Shown: piece after piece, positions 23,836 to 34,402 of the stretch
Position numbering within the stretch: the first letter of the stretch is position 1
How the letters are laid out: each line of letters starts with the position of its first letter
Assembly: GCF_018977255.1 (NCBI RefSeq)
Contig: NW_024704742.1
Coordinates: 136,588,001 to 136,652,000, forward strand
Source: Callorhinchus milii
Lineage: Eukaryota
DNA length: 64,000 nucleotides
Direction of reading: 5' to 3'
Program-made: the position numbers and the translations under genes
Notes under the pieces: model-generated
The model's database searches: none
The model's input: only the letters and a program-made list of their open reading frames with translations
What the model was told of the DNA's origin: nothing

Positions 23836-25652
23836 GTAGCGTCTTATCACGTTGTTGAGATGTCTCAAAGCATTTCACAGGTTTGTTGAGTGGTGAACGA
23901 AACGTGGCAGCAAGTTTTACACAGCAATGTCCGAACAGCCATGGAGTGAGTGACCAATTTTATTTGGGATTTGCTGGCCTAGACACCAGGAGAGAGGACT
24001 ACCTTCTCTTTTCGAATAGTGCCATGGGATCTTTAACGTTCAGATGAACAGACAGACGGGGCCTCAATCTAACGAAGGAAGGCACCTACGACAGTGCAAC
24101 ACACCCAAAGCATTGTGTTGGAAGTGTCAGCCTCAACTGAGATTCTACGTCCTAACGTGGGGTTTGAACCCACAGCCTTCTGACTCAGTGGTGAGAGTGC
24201 TATCACTGAGCCAAGCTGAGGTAGGACATAGTACAGGTCAGTGGGTCAGCCTGGCTCAGTTGGTAGCATTCTGGCCTCCGATGTCAGTAGGTTGAGACGC
24301 CAGGGAGGGACCTGGAGCTCACAATCCAGGCTGACTTCCCTGGTTAGTGCCGGGGGAGCTGCATTGTCGGAGGTGCTGTGGTAAATAAAACGTGGTCCTG
24401 CCTGCAGGAGGCATTTTGACGAGGCTCATGTTACACATTCTTTTACTCTACACCCTCATGGACTTTGTTATTTATGTGTAAGCCATGAGTCAGAATACTG
24501 AGGGTTCAAGCCCCCACGTCGGAATTCACAGTCGAGGCTGATGCTCCAGTGCATTTTTGGAGGTGCCGTCCTTCAGAAGAGACCATGGCCCAACTGTACC
24601 TGTTCAGGTGGATATTGAAGATCCTGCAGAACTATTCAAAATCAGAAGGGATTTTCCATTCAGAACTCTGCCGCTCGTGTCCTCTCGCGCACCAGGCTCC
24701 GTGAATCTATCACCTCCATCCTCGCCCGGCTCCACTGGCTCCCCATCACCCAGAGGGTCGAGTTCAAAATCCTCGTCCTCGCCTACAAGGTCCTCCCTAC
24801 CTCTGTGACCAGCGAACCATGCAGATTCTGCTCCCTGCTTGGCAGGCTCTGGCCCTCTCCATGACCCTCGCCTTGCCAGTCCCACCATCATGGTCAAGCC
24901 TGCAGCTCCTCTGCCCACATCTTCTGGAACTCCATCCCACAGTCCCTTCACCTCACCTCCTCTCTTGCCTCCTTCAAGGCGGGTCTCAAGACCTTCCTGT
25001 TCGATCATGCCTTTGGTCACCGTCCTACTCCCACCCTTCCTGCCTTCTAATCCCTCCTGATCCCAAGCTCCAGTTTGGTTCAAAATCCTTGACTGTCCAG
25101 CACCTTGGAACGATCTCCCTTCAGCTCCTGTTAACCCTGAAAGCCAAAGCACTAACAGGCGGGATGGTTCTAGCTGGACAAGTAGCGGGAAAGCTTGCCA
25201 GGCATGACATCAATGGCAAGCTATATGGTTTTAGCTGGTTAGATTCTAGCAGTTACCAACGGACACTCTGTGGTCCCCAAGCCTTGGCACTTGCCAACCT
25301 GTATCTATTAGTCTCTAGAATGGGTCCCTCCCGGGAGAGAGTTTGCATTCCATTCCAGCAAACATGTGTAGGTGGGATGCATGGAATTCTCGGTTTGGTC
25401 AGTCACTACACAAGTATATCAGGTGAAGTGCTTAGCGACATCCTCCTGATATGAACGACTTAAGTTGCGTTAAACACGGTTACGTGGATTTACTACAACT
25501 CTGTTTTTTTTGGATGAGCCATTAAACCGCGGTCCCATCTGCCTGTTCAAGTGGGTGTTAAAGAGGCTGTGGCGCTAGAGAGGGAATATCTCTGCTGTGT
25601 CCTGACGCTATATCAAATGCTAGGTTTATTATTATATTTAGTGTGATGTTTT

Positions 25653-25975
25653 GTGGAGTCCTGTAGCTCAGTGGTTAGAGCACTCGCTTTGCAAGTGAGA
25701 GACCTGAGTTCAATTCCAGGCAGAGGGCGAAACCTCGGGCAAGTTTCCTTACTCCACACGCCTAATATAATCCCTCCAAACCAAAACCAATAATAAATTG
25801 GTCATTTTCAATCTACGACTGTTTGTGGGACATTGCTGTGCGCAATTGGCTGCCGCGTTCGCCCACAAATATACAGTCAATTCACTTTACAGTGTGTTCT
25901 GTGAAGCGCTTTGGGACGTCCTCCCGACGTGAAAAGCTCTATATCAAATGCAAGGATTATTATTATTATTATTAT
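25653..25975 (+). mobile_element. Young full-length DeuSINE
   Basis: Near-identical to 6216-6540. Confidence 0.9.
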
Positions 25976-26052
25976 GTTCATGCGTGTACATCAAATGTAA
26001 GGATATTTTTTATTATCTGCGGTAATAATTTTTTCCCCATTGATTCCCAGCA

Positions 26053-26232
26053 ATGGTCTGCATTCCCTGCATAGTCATTCCAGTCCTCCTCTGGGTCTAC
26101 AAGAGATTCCTAGAGCCCATCTTGTATCCCTTTATCTCTCCCATTATCGCCCGCATTTGGCCAAATCGAGCGGAGAGAGCATTGAGCAAGGGGGGCACAG
26201 CCAAGACAGCAGAACTCAATGGGACATTAAAG
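26053..26232 (+). CDS. C18orf32: UPF0729 protein C18orf32 homolog, coding exon 1 (exon starts 26051)
   Basis: [30 protein letters not shown]..; cccag acceptor, AAG|gtaagc donor. Confidence 0.95.
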
Positions 26233-27585
26233 GTAAGCAGGCTGCAGTTACAAGCCCCATTTTGGTAAGCAAGCCGCAGTTATAATCGGGATCACTTTAT
26301 TCTGAGGTCCCCACAAAGCCCCTCTCATTTCACCTCCTCGCTTTTCTTTGTAGTTTTCAGAGATTGTTGACCTGGGTTGGGTCCTGTCAGTAAAAAGACT
26401 GCAAACTCAGAGTTTTGTGTCCTGAAGCCACCCAGTTTGGGGTTGGCCTGCCCCTACTCCCCATATTACTCACTCTCCCCCCACCCACACCCACCCCACA
26501 CACACACACACACACACACTCTCTCCCCTTTTTCTCTCTCTCTCCCCCCACACACCTCCCTCTCTTTCCCGTTTCTCTCTCTCTCCGTCTCCAGTTCCAT
26601 CTTGCTCCTTTCCCCCTCACGCCCCTTTCTCCCCTTTTGTCTCTTCCACCCTGACGCCCCCCCCCCTCTCTCTCTCTCTCTCTTTCTCCCCTTTCCCCAC
26701 ATTAGCCTCTGGGTTTCTCTCTCTTCCCCCCCCTCTCTCTTTCCCCCTCCCCCCTTGTTGCCAGCTCTGCTGTGAAGTGACTTGTGTTGTGGTTGTTGAC
26801 AGGAGAGGAGGAAGCGCAGACCCAGGGCGTGTAGAGCAGAGTATGAGATCAGAGCCGTCAGAACGCTAGACCTAGGCTCCAAAATCAGATAGTTAACAAC
26901 TGCTTTAATTACTGAATCAACTTTCTGACGGACATCTGCTCTAAATAAAGGAAACAAACTAGTGTCCGCAGTGGTTTCTTCACACCGTCCTACTTGAAAA
27001 CTTCCTCCCTTCCCTCTCTCTGTATCTCTCACTGATCCCACCACATGTTTGAGCTCCAGGGTTAGCTCCTGAGCTTAGTTAAAATGTTTCATTGGCCGAT
27101 CTCTCTCTCCCTCCTCTGCCCACATGCCCCCCCCCACCGACTGCAAAGAATGGGAAGCGACATACGTAGAGATGTGGGTGTAGATGATTGCCCCCCGATC
27201 TCCTTCTCTCTTCCCCCTATCTCCACCACCACTACATGATGACTTGCTTATCTCTCCTAAAGATGAGTAGAGTGGGTTCATCCGAGGAAGTAACTGAAGT
27301 TCACAAATTTCCCTCGTTCCCCCCCCCCCCCCCCGCCCAAATTTGATTCACTGCTTCCTCAGGGCACCTGAACACAAAGACATGACCTTCCCACCCCCTC
27401 CCATGTGGCTTCTCTTCTTGTTCGGGGTCGGGCTCGGTTGGGAGTGAGGGTGCGCGGAAGAGCAAATGAGGGCTAGGAAGATGGCTTACCAGGCTGGCTG
27501 GCGGGGGACACGGAGTAGGCAGTGTTTGATTGCCTCCAGTCAGTCTGGACGCACTTCCCCTAACACCGCGCGTCTCTCTCTTCAG

Positions 27586-27705
27586 TCTGAAATTCCGGAC
27601 AAATGCGGAGAAGCGAACGGCCTGATGGCGAATGGAACGGGAGGAGCGGAGTCCTGCATTCCCACAGAGGGACCACCTGGAATCCCGGACAAAAAGACCG
27701 ACTGA
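27586..27705 (+). CDS. C18orf32: C18orf32 last coding exon
   Basis: ctctcttcag acceptor, phase 0, SEIPDK..PTEGPPGIPDKKTD* resembling human ..PTKGPTEICDKKKD. Confidence 0.85.
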   Translation, partial: SEIPDKCGEANGLMANGTGGAESCIPTEGPPGIPDKKTD

Positions 27706-28734
27706 CCAACGGGACTCCCCCTCCCCCTCCGCACAAACAACCACCTTGGATATCTCTGCTGTGCAATTATATCAGCAATGTTTAAATACATAAAGAAGGA
27801 AATAGATTTTATTTATTAATGGCTTTCAGATTGATACAGATTTATGAACTCTTGCTGCTTTGTCTCTGCGTCGCTCCCTGCAGGTCAGTCTCAGAACTGA
27901 TCGAGACCACACACACACATACCCCCACCCACCCATCCCCTGTAGATGGCCACCCTCCCTCTATCAGGTACTTTGAGAGACTGACCTGCTCGGATCTCCA
28001 ATGTCCGCTGTTGTTTCCTGACCCCCTCTGGTTGCACTTTACTCTGCGTTATTTGTGCGCAATTCTGTAACGAGCTGATTCCTGCAAAGGTTTCAACAAC
28101 CTGTATGAGTCTCTCAACCTTTTGATTAAACTCTTCCTAATAGAGGCTCCTACTGGGTTTATGAGTGTGTATGTGTGTCTCTTTGATCACCAGTGACAAT
28201 TTACATTTATATCCATCGAAGCCTGTTAATTCATGGCAGTCCTGTAGTGTAGCTTCACAAGCAACATCCCGGACGAAACCTTAGGCAAGTTTCCCATTGG
28301 CGGATCGCTTTCCGGGGTAATAATTAATCCCTTTGAAAAAAAAGCCTTCACTCAATCAACGACTGTTTGTGGGACACTGCTGTGAGCAATTGGCTGCCAA
28401 TTTTCGCCCACGAAATACTCCTCCTCATTTTACAATATATTCTGTGAAGAGCTTTGAGACGTCTTAACGATATGATACTCCATTATATGAAATCCAAGGA
28501 TTATTATTAATTTGAGGTTCAGGGTAAAATAATAATAATCCTTGCATTTGATATAGCACTTGTCACGTCTTCGAGATGTCTCAAAGCGCTTCACAGAATA
28601 GACTGTAAAGTGAATTGATTGTATATCTGTGGATGAAACGAGGCAGCCAATTGCACAGAACAGCATCCCACAAATAGTCGTGGATTGAGTGACCATTATT
28701 ATTGTTTTTATCTTGAGGGATTATTATCAAGCAT

Positions 28735-29420
28735 ATATATACACAGCCTCCTGTACACACAGCCTTTCCTGCATACACAGAGCCTCTCCCAATTTCTCCC
28801 ATTGTATCCTCTATACACACAGCCTCTCCCAGTGTCTCTCCTGTATACACAGAGCCTCTCCCAGTGTCTCCCACTGTATACACACAGCCTCTCCCAGTGT
28901 CTCTCCTGTATACACAGAGCCTCTCCCAGTGTCTCCCACTGTATACACAGCCTCTCCCAGTGTCCTGTATACACACAGCCTCTCCCAGTGTGTCTCCTGT
29001 ATACACAGCCTCTCCCAGTGTCTATACACACAGCCTCTCCCAGTGTCTCTCCTGTATACACAGAGCCTCTCCCAGTGTCTCTCCTGTATACACAGAGCCT
29101 CTCCCAGTGTCCTCTATACACACAGCCTCTCCCAGTGTCTCTCCTGTATACACAGAGCCTCTCCCAGTGTCTCCCACTGTATACACACAGCCTCTCCCAG
29201 TGTCTCTCCTGTATACACAGAGCCTCTCCCAGTGTCTCCCACTGTATACACACAGCCTCTCCAAGTGTCCTGTATACACAGCCTCTCCCAGTGTCCTGTA
29301 TACATACAGCCTCTCCCAGTGTGTCTCCTGTATACACAGCCTCTCCCAGTGTGTCTCCTGTATACACAGCCTCTCCCAGTGTCTCTCCTGTATACACAGC
29401 CTCTCCCAGTGTCTATCACT
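28735..29420. repeat. Minisatellite, ~30-33 bp unit, ~22 copies
   Basis: Unit tatacaca(c/g)agcctctcccagtgtctc(t/c)c(c/a)tg with variants. Confidence 0.95.
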
Positions 29421-29529
29421 ATATAGACAGGCTATACTGCACTTGGCCAGGATTGCCGTGATGATTATAAAACACTTGGGCCTCAGCAAGGAATTTGATG
29501 ACTGACAAGCGCTGGGATGTAAGAATGAA

Positions 29530-29730
29530 ATGTGTGGGTCAGTCGGTAGCACTCGCTTCTGAATCAAATGGTTGTGGGTTCAAGCCCCACTTAAGGACTT
29601 TGAATTGACTGCTTAGGCTGATGCTGCAGTGCAGTGCTGGGGGTGTGCAACATTATTGGATGCCCCATCCTTCGGAGACATTACATCGAGCCCCATCTGC
29701 CTGTTCAGGTGGATGTTAAACATCCTACTA
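29530..29730 (+). mobile_element. Older second SINE family (SacSINE1/AmnSINE-like head)
   Basis: cagtcggtagcactcgcttctgaatca..ggttcaagccccac..ccatctgcctgttcaggtggatgttaaa; related pieces at ~24000, 35300, 52500, 62800. Confidence 0.6.
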
Positions 29731-29848
29731 CTTATGCCATGGCCAACAGTGCCTCTTATGTCTGTATGAATTGACTATTGCGTCTTCCTGCACATTTATT
29801 GCACTTTACAGAAAAATGTCATCAACGTGTGCTCTTTGAACGAGCTTT

Positions 29849-30172
29849 TGGAGTCCTGTAGCTCAGTGGTTAGAGCACTCGCTTTGCAAGTGAGAGATCT
29901 AAGTTCAATCCTAGGCAGAGGGCGAAACCTTGGGCAAGTTTCCTTACTCCACACAGAGCCTAATAATAATCACTCCAAAACCAAAAACAATAATAAATTG
30001 GTCATTTTCAATCTACGACTGTTTGTGGGACATTGCTGTGCGCAATTGGCTGCCGCGTTCGCCACAAATATACAGTCAATTCACTTTACAGTGTGTTCTG
30101 TGAAGCGCTTTGGGACGTCCTCCCGACGTGAAAAGCGCTATATCAAATGCAAGGATTATTATTATTATTATT
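29849..30172 (+). mobile_element. Young full-length DeuSINE
   Basis: Near-identical to 6216-6540. Confidence 0.9.
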
Positions 30173-32711
30173 GGCTATCTCTCGGCCCCCGCCCCCGAAC
30201 TTGCGTGCAAACCATGTTAAGTGCCTTGGGATGTCCTCCCGACGTAAAAGGCGCTGTATAAATGTAAATTTGTATCGCAGGAAATCCAAGGATTATTATT
30301 CTAGTACAAAAATAAGCAGTTTATATATAAACTAAAGTTAGGGCCAGTAACTTGCCACTGGGGGGCGCAGTGGTCTAATGACCAGAGGACACTAAAAAAG
30401 TCACAGTAGGATCATTGTCAGGTAGCGTTAGCCTCTCCTCCCCAAAATATAAAGGAGTTGCTTCCGCCACCCAGACTGACCCTGTCACCTAATGTACGGT
30501 GCTGGACTACACCTTGATTCTCATCTCTTGAGTCAGAAGGTTATGGGTTCCAAACCCCAGGACAGGACTTTGAGTTCATGGTCCGGACTGACACTCCAAT
30601 TCAGTGCTGGGGGTGAGTTGCAGTGTTGTCGGTGCCATCCTTTGAATGACGCAGATATAAGAATATGAGAATTTGCGAGGCAAAAGAACGAGGTCCATCC
30701 AGTTTGCTTTCCACCACCAACAACAACACAACAAGATTCCATTTATTGAGCGCCTTTCACGTCGGGAGGACGTCCCAAGGCGCTGTACAGTTGGGTCAGG
30801 ACCCGAGCATTGGGGGGAAATGGTCAGGGTGAGGGGAGGGAAGGGAGGGAGCGAGGAGGGGGTAGAGAGTCGAGAGGAGAGCTGAAGGCACGGTCAAAGA
30901 GCACGGTCACCCTGGCAGTCGCATGACATGCTGCGTCCCAAACTCTTTATGATATCACGTCAGAAATTTCCTAATCTATCTCATTTGTTTTTGAATTAGT
31001 TGACACTTCCTGCTCCCACCGTCTCCCCTCGGGAGCCAGTTTCATACATTTCTTCTCGCTCACCGAAGTAGGGTTACAGAATGAGTCTGTACCTGTTCAA
31101 GTGGATCCTCGGTACTACTTAAAAGGATTATTATTATTACTATAGAGGCTTCCACGGGCACAATTCTGACATTCTATGACCAAGCCACGTTACCTTGGCA
31201 CCCTGCCGTGCGCAACTGACTGCTGCGTTTCACCCACAAAATATACGGTCAGTTCACTTTACGGTATATTCTGTGAAGCGCTTTGAGACGTCTCGAAAAC
31301 AACGACGACAACAAGATCACATTTGGATAGCGCCTTTCACATCGGGAGGACGTCCCAAGGCGCTGGACAGCGTACAGCATTTCACACCCGAGCTGGGGGG
31401 TCAAGGAGGGAGAAAGGAGAGGGTGGTGGGGGTGGGGGGGGAGAGAGACGTGATAAGGCGCGATTATCAAATGCAAGGATTATTATTACTGTACACTCTC
31501 GAGTGATCACTGCGACGGGTTCCAAGGCGTCGCAATGAGATGCACCGCCATAAAAACACAAGTCGATTTTACTTCTCTCAGAGAGACTGGCCTCACCGGA
31601 GTTTTGGCCACGTCTCACTGAACAGCAGGAGAACATTAGGAGGGTCCCCAGGTGTTGGCTGCGGCTGGCGGCAGCCTCTCCGACTCACTATGAGACACTG
31701 TGGCACCACAGGTGATTAGCACCTCCTCTGAACAAAGCAAAGCATTTGTTTCCTTTTGAACATTGCGAGACACTGCCACCGCTTCCCACAACCCGCTGTC
31801 TCCTGCTTTGAATTTTCAGCTGCTTATCTTGGTGCCAGACTCCCGGCCAAATCTGCTCCGCGTTCGGAGGTGGCGCTCAGCCATTCCAACACAAAACCTT
31901 CGTGGCTTCGAAATGAATGCATGATGAATGCACTCAAGAGGCTTGCTGGCATTTAGCTGGTTCAACCTACCTCTTCGACGGCACCAAACCCCATTCCTCC
32001 TCAGTCGGATTATTCCATTTCATACAGTACCTTAAGAAAGGGAGTCCTACCGTGTCCTGCAGGTGAGAGGATCTGGGTTCGATTCCCAGGCAGTGCAGGG
32101 CAAAACCATCAGCAAGTTTCCTTACTCCTCGTGCCTCTGTTTAGCCTTTTAGTTGATTGGCGGATCGCTTTCCAGGTATTATAATCCCTTTAAAGAAAAT
32201 GTATCAATAATCCACGACTGTTTGTGGGACAGTGCACGACTTGGCCGCCGCGATTTGCCTACGAAATATACAGTCAATTCACTTTACAGTATATTCTGTG
32301 AAGCACTTGTTCTCAACGACATCTCAATGATGCGATAAGCCGCTATATCAAATGATTCCTATTATTATGTAAAACAAAAGACAAAAAGCCTTTTGAGTTC
32401 TGACAAAAGGTCATTGACTGAACGGTTAACTCACTTTCCTCTCTCCATAGATGCTGCCTGACCTACTGAGTGTTCCCAGCGACTTCTGTTTCTGTTTATC
32501 ATTATCATATTATTATTTCACATTGGGAGGACCCTCCAAAGCACTTGATAGGATATAATAATAATAATCTTTGCAATTGATATAGCGCCTTATTACGTCT
32601 TCAAGACTTCTTAAAGTGCTTTGCGGAATATATTATAAAGTGAATTGATTGTATATTTTGTGGGCGAAACACGGCAATCCAATTGCACACAGCAGTGTCC
32701 CACAAACAGTC

Positions 32712-34377
32712 GGGGAGCGGCGGCAGGACAGCGCGGGGAGGAGCCTGGGCGTACCTACCCAGGTACTTAAGCACGAGGCGGCAGGGAGTGCAGTTAGGGG
32801 AGTGTGGGGGAAGGGATGGGGACGGAGTGGGGGAACCGCTGACGTCATAGTTTAGCTTAGTTTTCAGGAGCCCCCCCACCAGGGCTTACATCAGAGCCCA
32901 CCATGGTCCTGTTGGGTTGGTTGCTCCAGCCTATGGGCTAATGCCATCCACCTGACCGCTCGCTCCCGGTCCCCGCGTGCGCACTATGGCTGCCGCTTTG
33001 ACCCGAGCCCCCTCAGCCACTCCCTCCCTCCCCCCCCCTCCCCCTCTCTACCCCCAAACCCTCCCCCTCTGCATCTCTCCCGCTCTGTCCTCCTCTCTCT
33101 CCGTCCCTCTCCTTCTATCCCCACTTGACCCTCCCACAACCTCCCTCTGTTCCAGCCTGGGAATCCTCCGCCGGGCTCACCGTGGCACTCGGCGTTGGCT
33201 GTCCAGCAGCAGCCACACCGACTGCCCCATTCCCCACCACACTCGCCAGCCACCCCGGACACAGACCCGGGGAGCCAACCTCTCCTCCCTCATCCCCATT
33301 CCCCCACCCCTGCCTCACAACCTGGACCCCCTCCCCTCCCACACACCCTTCTGTCAACCGCTCCCTCCACATCGGACTACAAAATGTCCGCTCCCTCTGT
33401 AACAAGGCCCTGGTCATCAACGATCTCATCCTTGATGAGAGCGTTGACATCATGGCCTTAACGGAAACCTGGCTCACCCCAGGCGACACCTTCCCCCTCA
33501 CGGAGGCCACACCACCCGGCTACACCTCCCACCACATCCCTCGCCCCAACCGCCGTGGCGGTGGTGTGCCCTTATCTCAAGGACACCACTTGCCCTATCC
33601 CCCTACTCCTCTGGCTCTTTCCCCTCTTTGAGCACCTCACCCTCTCCCACCCCTCCTTCCTCTCCTTAAAATCCTCCTCCTCTACCGGCCCCCTAAAACC
33701 TCTCCCACCTTCATCTCATATTTCAACACTTCTACATCTCTCTGCCTCTGCTCTGATCGCCTCATCATCCTGGGCGACTTTAACCTGCACTTCACCCCCT
33801 CCTGCTCCATCTCCTCAGACTTCTCTTCCCTGCTCTCCTCGCTCAACCTCTCCCTCCACATCAACTCCCCCACTCACAGTCACGGCCACCCACTCGATTT
33901 GGTGATCACCCGGGGCCTCAGTGTCTCGGATGTCACTATACCGACAAGGCCATCTCCGACCACCACTTCATCTCCTTCACCACCTCCACCCCCCTCCCCA
34001 CCTCCACCAGACCCACCACCATCTTCTACCGCCCTGGAAGAAGTTACCCCCACAATCCCTAACCGATGCCTTGGAGTCCTCTGAACTCCTCTCCCTCTGG
34101 CCTTCAACCCTCACTGACCCCTCTTCTCCTCTCACCCTCCTCCACAACACCCTCTCCTCCACACTCGACACTCTTGCCCCCATCACTCCCGTACTGTCTC
34201 CTACTCTCGCTCCTCCCCCTGGTTCACCACCCACCTCCGCTCACTGAAGAGCCAGGTGCGGGCCGCTGAACGCACCTGTCAAATCTGGCCTAACGGTCCA
34301 CCGACAAATCTGGCTGGACCTCCTCAAAATCTACCGCTCCACTCTAGCCTCGGCCAAGTCGTCCTTCTACTCCAGGA
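32712..34377 (+). mobile_element. L2 LINE 5' portion (5'UTR plus APE endonuclease), truncated by assembly gap
   Basis: LQNVRSL..DIMALTETWL..RPNRRGGGV, LIILGDFN, HSHGHPLDLVITRGL; frameshifted. Confidence 0.85.
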
Positions 34378-34402
34378 NNNNNNNNNNNNNNNNNNNNNNN
34401 NN
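34378..34402. other. Assembly gap (25 N)
   Basis: Run of N. Confidence 1.

Noticed and set aside
28685..29567. 180-258 aa ORFs on both strands
   Set aside because: Translations of the minisatellite
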